Shown: positions 18,656-28,891 of the stretch, in pieces | How positions within the stretch are numbered: the first letter of the stretch is position 1 | Layout of the letters: every line of letters starts with the position of its first letter | Notes under the pieces: generated by a model | Databases searched by the model: none | Told to the model about the DNA's origin: nothing | The model's input: the letters and a program-made list of their open reading frames with translations, nothing else | DNA from: Candidatus Thalassarchaeaceae archaeon | Lineage (GTDB): Archaea; Thermoplasmatota; Poseidoniia; Poseidoniales; Thalassarchaeaceae | DNA: 64,000 nt | NCBI GenBank assembly: GCA_030751995.1 | Contig: JASMFB010000001.1 | Span: forward strand, 122-64,121 | Direction of reading: 5' to 3' | Made by a program: the position numbers and the translations under genes

Positions 18656-21600
18656 GTGAACAGTGAAAAGCCGCCCATTCTGAAGAGCGTCACACTGCTA
18701 GTGTTGTTCCTAGCTTCGTTATTCGCGGCTGCCATTCAAGCGCCCATTGAGCCAAACCTCAGCATCGATGGGGTAGAATCCACTAGTGGCGGTGCACGTC
18801 ATCTGTACACCTTCGCTGACGGTTCATCTGAGGCCATAGCCCTCTATCAGTCCGGCACCCCTGCTCGTAATATTCAGGTGTCGATGCCACGTGGTGCTGA
18901 AGTCACAGGAGCAGAGGTAACGATTTCAGGAGCTTCAGCTACGGGTTGGAATAGCATTACTGACACGACACGATCTGATTGGACTGAAGGTACCCCGCTT
19001 TTGATTGATACACGTGGTGAATCGATTACGCTGTCCCCCAAGGACACTCAAAATTGGTTCGAACCTCATGATTCCGACTCCACTCCTTCATCGGCAAACG
19101 CCTGGTATGACAACACCTCCTACTCTATCCGACAACCACACACAACCAATGTTAGTGAGACTCGTTTCAGTTCCCAACTCTCTTTGCCCTCAGGAACCTC
19201 TGCAACATACAATGGCGCTGCCTTTGTATATCGAAACATGATTTTCGCTTCGACATGGGATTCCAATATGCTCAAGAACACAATCAAGGTATTGTTCCCA
19301 AACAATGGGACACAGATGACGTCTGGAACCAACAATCAACCTGTACGTCCTGATTTGGATATTGGAACGTGTTCAATCCCTTCTCTTGCAAGTTCTTGGC
19401 AGGCCTATGGTTGGCGAGATTGGGCCATAACCGATGATGAACGTGCATTCGGCATTCTGTCGGCGTATAGAGGTCAAAATGCTGTACAATATCATCGAAT
19501 AATCGAATGGGATATCCGCCATCCTTTGGCGTGGAAGTGCATTTCATCCTATGATGTTAGTAGTGGAGGATATGGAGATTACACTGCCATCTCATACGAC
19601 CGTACACGCGACAGTATCTGGGTCAACCATGGTGTGCGCAAATCCATCATCCAGTACGACTTCGATGGCGCAGGGGGATTTGAGCGGAATAGCACTGATT
19701 TCTACACTTATTTCATGTCTAGTGGTCAAGTTCGTGGCATGTCGGTCCACGGTGATCTTTTCTGGTTTAGGACCTACCAAACATGGAACTCAGATAATTT
19801 GGAATGCTTTGCAGTCACAGGTATACCGGGAAGCGTTCTGACCAAGCAAACTGGATCAACATCGGTTCCATCCAATGGATATGGAATCCATTATGACGGT
19901 CAACGATTGAATACTATCGACCACTATTCTTGGACAGCGGGTCAGCGCTACCGCGAGTTTGGCAGCGGCATATCTTACCTGATTACAGCCCAACCCGGAA
20001 CTTCAACTTGGGTAAGTGACATCATGGAAGTCGACGAAGATGTAGTTGCTGCCAATATGGAAGTCTCTTGGACAACCAGCGCTGCTGGAGATCGCGTAGA
20101 ATATTGGATTAGTGCCGATGGAGGTACGCATTGGGTATCCGTCACAAACAATGAGACAGTCCACTTCGATTATCCGGGAACCGAACTGAAATGGAAAGTA
20201 CAGTTGGTTGGAACAACCGCCATATCATGGTGGGTTTCCATCGACTATGCTTCCGAGTACGAATCTGCAGGTGAATGGGAATCTCCAACATTGTCGACTG
20301 GTACGCAGGTCGGACGAATGCGTGCGACATGGACTTCCAACGAACCTTCGGGAACTACCGCTGCTGTATGGGCCTCAAACGACGAGGGCCAATCATGGGT
20401 CCTGGCTGAAAACGATGTTGAGATTGATTGGGGTACGAATGTTGGAAACAAACTGATTTACAAGGTTGGGCTGAACACCAGTGACTCTTCAGTTACACCT
20501 TCGTTCGAGGAACTCACCTTGCACTATGAGGAAGGGTATCCAAGTGCAGTCAGAATCGATATCGGAGATGACGGGGTCGACGAATACGTTGGCACGGGTG
20601 GGTTACAGGATCCGATTGTAGTGACGGGACAATCTCTCGTGGATGCTCTCAACAATGAGATTCCACAGAATGGTGAGGGCTCAGTCAACATCACATTCAC
20701 AATTCGTGCAGCAAGTCCTGGACGGGTCCGTCTTTCAGATCTTGACATCACCTATCGTTATCGCACACGGGTTATTGATACATCGATAGATGGTGGAATG
20801 CTAGTCCCAGATGGCATAAATCGAATCCTCGTTACTCAGATTGCTATCGGTGATGATGCGACCCTTCTCCAACAAGTCGATTTGACTCTCCAATCCAGCC
20901 ATGGTGCTGATCCAATCCTACGTTGGCAAGTAGGCGACTCTTGTTCTGAAGTAGCAGATGATGCCAACATTGTCAGGTTCGATGTCGGGAATTGCACCTC
21001 AGTCTCGACTTCGGAAGATCTTGTCAGTATTCGCATGCCGATTCAAGCCGAGTGGGATTGGGATGATGAATCATCGACAGAAGTGAATATCAGTGTAACC
21101 GACGATATAGGATTAGCCGTCAATAATTACGAAACAGAGAATCTTAATCTCCGAGTTGAGAACGATATACAATTACTCGATATAATGGCAGTAGACGAAT
21201 CGGGTCGAGAACTCTTACCTTACGATTGGATGAGAGGGTGAACCAATCTCACATTCAGTGGCACCATTGCTTTTGAAGGCACGACGCTGTCACCAGAAGC
21301 TGGACAATTCAACCTTGAATTATCAGGAGAGAATTTGACACAAGATGGACAACCAATGGGAGATGGTACTGAGATTTTCATGTTGGAAGCCAATCCAGCA
21401 TACGGTCAGTACTACATGACCTTTGAAACGCCCATTCAATCAAGTCAAGGTGGGATGTTATTCCAATTGTCTGCGGTCTCTATGCCTAATGGTTCAGACT
21501 ATGTGAATCCGAATTTCAATACCATGCGCATTGTCCTTGATGGAAACAGTCCGTTGGTTATGGATGCGACACCAGAAGATGGTATAGAAGTACACGCGGG

Positions 21601-24157
21601 CACACAATCTATCAGCATCATTGTGGAAGATGCGGTAGACCCACCCACTGAAATCACCCTCCATTATTGGGTAGAGGCCCAGGATGATTTGAATTACAAT
21701 CTCGTTCCAGATGCGGATGAATATCGCACTGCACTACTCCGTTCTCCTGAACACCTACCTGGTGGCATCAATGTCTTCAGCGGAATTATCGATGATAGTA
21801 CGAACAATCATGGGGAGACTGTCTCATTCTATGTTAGTGGTACAGATCAACAAAACAATGTCCTTGCCAGAGGCGGCGGTCCAGTCTGTCCAGATGTACC
21901 CACTCCCTGCGGAATCGGTTCACTAATCACTCCGGACTGGGATGCCGATTTGGTGACCTATTCAATTCGAGAGGAATTTTCGCCCCTCATTGAGACCGTG
22001 AATTCAACCCTACTGGGCCATGACGGTGAATCTCCCCTTCACCCTGGAACTGAGTACATCGCTAGGCTGTTGATTGGAGATGGAAATGGTTGGCAAGACA
22101 TCCAATCTGTCCACATATCATTGATTGAGGATTTCAGCGATGAACGCGCTTCGATTTGGGCAAATTTCACACGACCTGAGGAAGGCCACACCATGCATCT
22201 TGAATCGGGCAGTACTGCGGTTGCCGTATCCAATCTGTATAGCTCATTCTCAACTGAACCTACCAACAATAGCATCCTTTACCTCGACATCCGTTTCCAA
22301 CTCACATGGTGGTTCCCAGAGGAATTCGATACCAATGGAGACACAACCTTTGTGCCGATTGTCAAAGTCATCGATTGGCCATGTGATCTCAACACTGATA
22401 TCCCTTGCCACGAAGATTCCGGCGGCCTGGGTTACGATGAATGGAGTCTGGACAACGATTTGAGATTCGACATGGTAACGGGCCACTTCACGGCCACAGA
22501 TTTGGCAACTGGTCGAAATCTGTACCGCCCTGGCGAAGACCCAGAACTGATTGCTGCAGGGCAAGTAGTTCGTGTCGCCGGACGTATTCTATTCAGTGAG
22601 GATTCAACACCTGCCCCTGAAGGTGCTTTCGATATCGTTGTCGGAGATTTGGAGCGCTCCTGGTCCGCAGTTCCCCGGGAAGGAGGAGATTTCACCCTCG
22701 ACATCCTTGTTCCAAACGTTCGAAGCGGGGGCCTTGATATGTACGCGGGACTTGAAAATCTCCCGGGATTGGCAGACGATACAACTGAACAGCAACCTAG
22801 GATACAATTGGTGGTCGATGGAACACCCCCTGAAATTCGTTCCATCGGACCAGATGGCGACGTCCGTCTGAGTGACGCCAACCAGTTGCCAGTTAGCCTC
22901 CATGTGTCCGATGAACATGGATTTGATACGGATCGCCCAGCCGAAATACATTGGAAGATTAGGGCCGGTACCAGTGAAATTTCACGGGGTAATCAGCCCT
23001 TCCAGCAAGGCACCCCGATCGGTGCCGATTGGAGTTGGGAGGGCATTATGGATTTGACCGATTCCGGTTCGATTGAATTACTTCCTGGCTACATGGTTGA
23101 TGTTTGGATTACAGGCTCGGATGAGGCCGGAAATCCCTATCTGGCCGAGAATAACACCGAGAACACACCGCTAGTCCAGTGGCGATTGATTCGGATTGGC
23201 CCGGAGATTGATCTTCGCGGAGAACATACCGAGATAACATGGGTCAACCCTTCACCAGTCGGCGGCGAAGTTGCAGTATTGTCTATTCACGGTATCAATA
23301 ACAACGATCAATCGGGAGATATTACTTTCATTCTCATAGAAGAGATTTCGAGCGACCAATGGATTGAGGTTTCCGACGTTGAATCCATCGTCACAGTCGA
23401 ATCAATGGCTAATTGGTCTGCCACACTGGAGTTATCTACCGAGGTCGTAGAGGAGAGTGAGATTCACAGATACCAACTCATTGCCCGTGATCGCCACATC
23501 GACATTGATTGGGTAACAATCGAACCGCTGGAGATTAAACCACACACTGCACGTGATGGAGAAGCATTATCACAGCAAATTGGTGAATCAAAGGGATTGT
23601 TCGTCTTGTACATCATCGCAGTGGCTTCTCTCTGTTTTGGGGTATCAATGTTGGTCCTTTACCGGCGTGAAAAACAGATGAAAATTGATGAAGAAGAGAG
23701 TTTACTTGAGCAATCGGAGATTATTGGAATCGCCGAAAACACGGTTGCCCCCCCACCAGGATTCGACAATGCTCCACCTCCAGTCACAGTTGCCACACCA
23801 TCTGGATTTGACAATATACCTCCGCCCAATACTGTGGCGCCGCCCTTCAGCAACAAACCATCTACTCAATCGGAACCAACCATCCTCCTAGACTTCAGCG
23901 ACAATGTATTCTCTCAAGTGCTCCGCACCTTCGGAATCCATAACAGCACCTCATTCCTCGCATTTGCAGGCCAATATGATGAGGATGGCAATGGATACTT
24001 GCGAAAGAGCGAATTGGAACGGGCAGCCACCGAATATGTTGCAGGTGGACATAATGATATGACGGCAACCACTACTGGATATTCCGATGAACAATTACTC
24101 GCTGGTGGTTGGACTCAAGAGCAAATTGATACCGCTCGAGATAATGGCCAAATCTGA
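18656..24157 (+). pseudogene. Large Ig-rich type I membrane protein with cytoplasmic Pro-rich linker and EF-hand, interrupted by one in-frame TGA at 21239-21241 (nonsense mutation, sequencing error or readthrough)
   Basis: ORFs 18641-21241 and 21335-24157 are in the same frame, and the 31 codons between them are open (YDWMRG*TNLTFSGTIAFEG...LTQDGQPM). The signal peptide is only in the first half. The TM helix (LFVLYIIAVASLCFGVSMLVLY) and EF-hand (DEDGNGYLRKSEL) are only in the second half. GTG 18656 is the likely start. Confidence 0.75.
23741..23846 (+). repeat. Degenerate 45-bp (15-aa) tandem repeat in the cytoplasmic tail
   Basis: TVAPPPGFDNAPPPV / TVATPSGFDNIPPPN / TVAPP. Confidence 0.7.
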
Positions 24158-24173
24158 CCCCGGGGGTTAACTC

Positions 24174-24653
24174 ATGACTGAGGATTTGCCACGAATACCC
24201 ATTCCTAACCCCGATTCAGAACGAACGGAAAAAATGGTATTCTTGCAAGAGCAACTTGTGAATTTCCTGCGTCAATATTCGATGCCATTAATCGAAGCAT
24301 CCCTCGTTTTTTCAAAATACACCCGGCAACTGGGTGAAGCCCTCACTTCTCAGGCTGAAGCCCAAGGTGAAAGATTACCTGAGATTTTAGCACAACCTTG
24401 GCCAATTTTGGGTGACCAAGAGTCCATGGATAACTCAGGCCCTCGCTTGGAAACCCTTCTCGAAAACCTCGATGATGATCGAATGGATATTCTCGACACA
24501 ATTCTCCGCTCATCAATTACAGCAACTGAAATGCCATTGGCGGACGCACTGATGCAATTGCGCCAATGGGAACACCTCACTAGAAACCAATTAGCAGATT
24601 CCAAAGGCCCAGGCCAATTGTTTTCCCCACTTGAAATTCCAGAAGATTGGTAA
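24174..24653 (+). CDS. Hypothetical soluble helical protein with an internal duplication
   Basis: 159 aa, starting 16 bp after the upstream stop. Contains two M..L...L...[LI]....MPL..A repeats. Confidence 0.7.
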   Translation: MTEDLPRIPIPNPDSERTEKMVFLQEQLVNFLRQYSMPLIEASLVFSKYTRQLGEALTSQAEAQGERLPEILAQPWPILGDQESMDNSGPRLETLLENLDDDRMDILDTILRSSITATEMPLADALMQLRQWEHLTRNQLADSKGPGQLFSPLEIPEDW

Positions 24654-25034
24654 TCAATTCACGAATTCCAGTACACGACGGCGATTCTCGGCCTCTGAGA
24701 CGGCAATCATCGCTACTCGATAAGCATCGAAGATGGACCACGCCCAAAGTACTGGCCACAGAATGAGAGTCAGCACCAAGGGGAGTTGTAGCAACATCCA
24801 ATCGAATCCTTTCTGATGTTGGCGATTGAAGTGCTGCCCCAAGAACAGGAAGGGAATTGCGGCCAATGCTCCAGCAATGAGTGGTTTGAGTGAACCCCAA
24901 GCACCGACGCCCGCTGTCAATTCAGTCCAAATGAGTCGAATTGCACCAAGAACGTCACGTATCCGCCCCAATGCTGTTGGGCCAGTAGAGTCAGTGGGCA
25001 AGGAGACCACAAGGTCCTCATCATCATCACTCAT
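24654..25034 (-). CDS. Small hypothetical membrane protein
   Basis: SD-like ggtgagg upstream. Two hydrophobic segments, ending in the motif LWAWSIFDAY. Confidence 0.7.
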   Translation of the reverse strand: MSDDDEDLVVSLPTDSTGPTALGRIRDVLGAIRLIWTELTAGVGAWGSLKPLIAGALAAIPFLFLGQHFNRQHQKGFDWMLLQLPLVLTLILWPVLWAWSIFDAYRVAMIAVSEAENRRRVLEFVN

Positions 25035-25102
25035 CGCTCTGCCTCACCCATTGCCTGCTCACCCATCCTGTTCAATGCTATGCATCCCCCGCATCTCTAT
25101 AA

Positions 25103-25681
25103 TTACCATCCACCTGGTCGTTCAGCTATCTGGTTTGAACGACCAATAACTCGATACCATTGCAGGGCCACGATAATATCCATGGCTACTATTCCCCACA
25201 ACACATAGTGAAATGGAATACCCGACCGAGTGATGATGCTGGAATCATCTGCAGTGAATTGAATGGCAATAATCGCAGTAAGCACCGCAGCGATGACGAT
25301 AGTCCACATTCTACGTTTTCTAGCGAACATACTCTGTTCCTCAAAGGTCTCCGGGAGAACTCGCATTCCTAGGACAACTCGAAGCCAGACGGGTAACAGA
25401 CGACGGAAATTGTTGAGGGACTGCGAACAGATCCAAAGTCCGAACCCTGCTCCGATTAGAATACCAGTTCTCATTGTGAACCCCCCATCATCCATCGCAT
25501 CGAGGACGGCTGTAATGAAGGCGGTTGCACCAGCCGCATAGGTTAGTGCATCGGCTAGAATGAGACTTCCATCTGCACCATCGCGCCCGGATTGGTCTTC
25601 AAAGCGCCCGAGGCTGTCGCGATGGGCCTGAAGTTCCAATTCATCCTCGTCCATGTCCGTGTTGGCAGATGCCACACCCAT
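25103..25681 (-). CDS. Hypothetical membrane protein (about 4 TM helices)
   Basis: Acidic N-terminus followed by four hydrophobic segments. Confidence 0.7.
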   Translation of the reverse strand: MGVASANTDMDEDELELQAHRDSLGRFEDQSGRDGADGSLILADALTYAAGATAFITAVLDAMDDGGFTMRTGILIGAGFGLWICSQSLNNFRRLLPVWLRVVLGMRVLPETFEEQSMFARKRRMWTIVIAAVLTAIIAIQFTADDSSIITRSGIPFHYVLWGIVAMDIIVALQWYRVIGRSNQIAERPGGW

Positions 25682-25716
25682 AATTGCTATGTCCGCCAGA
25701 CGGGTCTTTAGCGGTA

Positions 25717-26334
25717 ATGAAGACCAAAATTTGGTTGACGGGATTCGAACCGTTCGGCCAACACGCCGAAAACCCCTCTCAACAATTGGTCGAACACCTC
25801 CTCAATACAACTCGAACACATAATTTCATGGATGCCACTTCAGTTGAAATGACCTTTTCCGGAATTATTCTCTCAGTCGACGAATTAGGAAGTCGCCGTA
25901 GTATCGAACATTTGACTGACGTTGATGCCGTTGTTCATGTTGGTTTACATGAAAATTCGGAAAAATTACGGTTTGAAATGAGTGCAACAAATGAGTGTAA
26001 TTTTCGAATTGCCGATAATAGTGGTCGACATATTTCTGAGACCCCCATCGTAGAATCTGGTAATCTTCGATTACAAACTACGGCTGACCGTGATACGATT
26101 GCAAATGTCATTTCAAGCAATGATGCCGCAATCATTAGCGAAGATTGCGGTCGATTTGTTTGTAACGAGACCTATTATCGAACATTGCACTCAATCAAAA
26201 CACAGGGAATCCAATCAAGAGGGAGGGCCTTGCCAGCCATTTTCCTCCATATCCCCTCTTTCAACTATGTATCTGCAGACGTGCAATTGGACATTTTGTG
26301 TGAATTGTGTGCCCACATCGTTCAGAAATCCTAA
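25717..26334 (+). CDS. pcp: Pyroglutamyl-peptidase I (peptidase C15)
   Basis: LTGFEPFG...NPS, HVGL, RFE (catalytic Glu), DCGRFVCN (catalytic Cys) and FLHIP (catalytic His). Start moved to ATG 25717. Confidence 0.85.
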   Translation: MKTKIWLTGFEPFGQHAENPSQQLVEHLLNTTRTHNFMDATSVEMTFSGIILSVDELGSRRSIEHLTDVDAVVHVGLHENSEKLRFEMSATNECNFRIADNSGRHISETPIVESGNLRLQTTADRDTIANVISSNDAAIISEDCGRFVCNETYYRTLHSIKTQGIQSRGRALPAIFLHIPSFNYVSADVQLDILCELCAHIVQKS

Positions 26335-26855
26335 TCATCGGTTTGGATTGTCGAACGGCCCTTTCCGTCGAACCATTCAGTCACACTGCCGTCCGACCTC
26401 ATGCTCAATTCATCACCCACAGTACGAGGGATTTCTCGTCTCCCTGAATGCCAAGTAGCCTCTTGCAACCAATCTACCAAATCTTCTGATTCAAGCACCA
26501 CTTCAATGACCCCTCCAATTGTTCTTTCAGTCTCAAGGACGAATGCAACTTTGCTTGACAATGCTGCCTGTCTGGAAATCAGGAACGACGTCGAAGTCGA
26601 TTGTAGATTCAATGACATTGCATCCAATGCAGTGTCAAGGATGCGTTGCGCTGCGAGCAATTCTAGCAGACGATCCGGAGCCAACCCCTCACGAGTGATT
26701 TCCACTGTATCACGAGTGACTGGAAACTGTTCTTCTTCCGGCACGTTTTCGATGAAGAAGTCAGGAAATATATTCTGCACCGCTTTGATACACGACTCTC
26801 CAATTTCATGGGACATTACACGCGTTGAAACGATAACAAGTGGCGCGAGAGTCAT
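26331..26855 (-). CDS. DUF54 / UPF0201-like archaeal putative RNA-binding protein
   Basis: AVQNIFP, LLAAQRILDTA and SRQAA..KVAF motifs typical of this family. Confidence 0.7.
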   Translation of the reverse strand: MTLAPLVIVSTRVMSHEIGESCIKAVQNIFPDFFIENVPEEEQFPVTRDTVEITREGLAPDRLLELLAAQRILDTALDAMSLNLQSTSTSFLISRQAALSSKVAFVLETERTIGGVIEVVLESEDLVDWLQEATWHSGRREIPRTVGDELSMRSDGSVTEWFDGKGRSTIQTDD

Positions 26856-26939
26856 GGTGAACGGCCCGTGTTGCCCAAAGGCGCTTTTTTTCGCTTTCGG
26901 GCACGGAACCTTGACACCCCCTAGACGTTGTGCAGATTC

Positions 26940-27986
26940 ATGGAGCCCACTTCAGTGGTCGCCACAGTCATCCCCACCTGGCAGGAAGCCACGCATATCG
27001 AGCGTTGCCTTCGGAGTTTCATGGCCCAGAAATACCCCTCCCACCTGCATCAAATTTTGGTCTTGGATGGGGGTTCTACTGATGGCACAACAGACATTGT
27101 AGAGCGCCTTGCAGGGGAGAGTGTAAGAGAAGGCGGGCCACAAATAACTCTGATTGATAATCCATTCAAATATGTCCCTCATGCCCGAAATATTGCGCTT
27201 GAATACCTCGATTCTGGAGTCGAATTCATCCTAGAGATGATTGGTCATGCATGGGTCCCACCAGATCATCTTGAAGTGCGTTTATCCCGATTCCATTCGA
27301 TTGAAGCGCAATTGGGCACCCGTCTTGGCGGCCTTGGTGCACAGGTTCTTGAATCAGATTTACCACTCGACAATGTTGGGAATTGGATTGAAGCCTCATT
27401 GGCATGTCCACTTGGCGGCTCGGGGCAATTCGCTCGCTTCTCCAAAGACGGACCCACAAAAATCCCACCTTTCACATTGTATCGCCGCCAAGCGGTCGAA
27501 GCAGTGGGTGGTTGGAATGAAGATTTCATCACCACACAGGACAGTGAGATTAATCTGCGATTGATTGGCAACGACTGGCCACTGTGGAGGACTGCGGCAA
27601 CCCATGTTAGGATGGCTAAGCGAACGACGTTGAATCAGTGGTGGAGGATGGGCTATCGATACGGTTTCTGGCGCATGAAACATGTCATGGACGCAAAAGC
27701 CCGAATGCGCATTGGCGAATTCCTACCGTGGATCGGTCTAGCTATCGTTGCAGGTCTCGCAATCGATGGTCAATCCACGTTTTTCCTGCCCAATTTCCTG
27801 TGGCCCATCCTTGCCTACCTGTCGACCCTATTTGTCGTTGGAGGACTCGAAGCTCGACGTTCAAACAATACTTCAATGATTTGGGGCGTACCCACCTTGC
27901 TAATCCTCCTGCATACTTCATTCAGCATCGGATTATTGTCTGGTGGATTCCGTCCTGGAAAGCCCCCCAATGACCGGGCCCTGTAA
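26940..27986 (+). CDS. Family 2 glycosyltransferase, ExoA-like, with C-terminal TM helices
   Basis: VIPTWQE, LDGGSTDGT, ARNIAL, YRRQAVEAVGGWNE and QDSEINLRL. The usual DxH/DxD position reads IGH. Confidence 0.88.
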   Translation: MEPTSVVATVIPTWQEATHIERCLRSFMAQKYPSHLHQILVLDGGSTDGTTDIVERLAGESVREGGPQITLIDNPFKYVPHARNIALEYLDSGVEFILEMIGHAWVPPDHLEVRLSRFHSIEAQLGTRLGGLGAQVLESDLPLDNVGNWIEASLACPLGGSGQFARFSKDGPTKIPPFTLYRRQAVEAVGGWNEDFITTQDSEINLRLIGNDWPLWRTAATHVRMAKRTTLNQWWRMGYRYGFWRMKHVMDAKARMRIGEFLPWIGLAIVAGLAIDGQSTFFLPNFLWPILAYLSTLFVVGGLEARRSNNTSMIWGVPTLLILLHTSFSIGLLSGGFRPGKPPNDRAL

Positions 27987-28035
27987 GGGGTCGTCCAATA
28001 GATTCCTTGAAATCGGAGTCAGAGATGGTTGGGGT

Positions 28036-28830
28036 ATGGCGGAGCAGAAGAATCAGGTGAATTCTTGGATTCTCTTCGTTTCGCCCATATTCGTTTTCTT
28101 GGCGATTTACCAACTTATTCCGGCGATAAAAGAACGATTGATTACTGATTGGATTGGCATGCTCGTCTATCTCATTGTGGCTGTATTGATCGGATTCATC
28201 TTGTTCAGAAATGCTCGTACGATTCGTGATCATGAATGGCATCGACGCAAGCATATCAAGCGATTACAGAAGGATTACGCTGCCGAGGATCGAGGCGTCT
28301 GGTCTAAGGCGGATTTGGCCATGTCGGAACTTGAAGCCGATGCGCGTGGCATCGAGTCAGGCCAGATGTCCAAGAAGGCGTTGCAACGACTGGATGGCTC
28401 CATAGCAGAATTGACGGGAGATCGCCAGACTGACGAAATTGAAAGCGATGATTTAGACCAAGACAATGTTGCATTGTTCACCGAATCTGAACACGTTCGA
28501 CGTTCGACCGCCAGAGTCACAGGGGAAAGTGGACCCGTCGATTCGGTACAAGGCGTCACTCACACGCGTGAAGAGCCTGAGAAAGGCCTAATCGGGGGAG
28601 TACTGGACAAATTGAAGGAAACAGCCGCAACCCAACCGACTCCTGAATCACCCACAACTCAGGAATCAGCACCTGCAGCAGATGATTGGTATTCTCAAGA
28701 GATGCTTGGGGTGGCCACTGCAGGTCCCTCAGGCGTCACATCAGCAGTTGTAGGAAATATCTGCGGCAGTTGTGGTCGAAACAATCCAGAAGCGGAATCG
28801 TATTGTGAAAATTGCGGAAACAAACTCTGA
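28036..28830 (+). CDS. Membrane protein with C-terminal zinc ribbon
   Basis: Start moved to ATG 28036, after ggggt. Two N-terminal TM helices, an acidic linker and CGSCGRNNPEAESYCENCG. Confidence 0.8.
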   Translation: MAEQKNQVNSWILFVSPIFVFLAIYQLIPAIKERLITDWIGMLVYLIVAVLIGFILFRNARTIRDHEWHRRKHIKRLQKDYAAEDRGVWSKADLAMSELEADARGIESGQMSKKALQRLDGSIAELTGDRQTDEIESDDLDQDNVALFTESEHVRRSTARVTGESGPVDSVQGVTHTREEPEKGLIGGVLDKLKETAATQPTPESPTTQESAPAADDWYSQEMLGVATAGPSGVTSAVVGNICGSCGRNNPEAESYCENCGNKL

Positions 28831-28891
28831 TTGTCAAACGTCGGGTTGAAGAACAGGCGTCAGAACGCGAGAATAGACGGGGGGTTCGTAG

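Noticed and set aside
21239-21241. TGA as selenocysteine or genome-wide UGA recoding
   Set aside because: The context is a beta-strand Ig-like segment, not a redox motif. I recognised no archaeal SECIS; the 18568-18606 hairpin lacks an evident GAA/A motif. TGA terminates conserved genes such as dnaJ and gap.
25717-26334. pcp (and apt) look more AT-rich than their neighbours, suggesting horizontal transfer
   Set aside because: This is a visual impression only, was not quantified, and has no flanking mobility signatures.
26401-27102. 233-aa + strand ORF and similar antisense or alternate-frame ORFs (e.g. 18100-18735, 53928-54503)
   Set aside because: They are Ser/Pro/Arg-rich shadows of well-supported genes and have no recognisable motifs.
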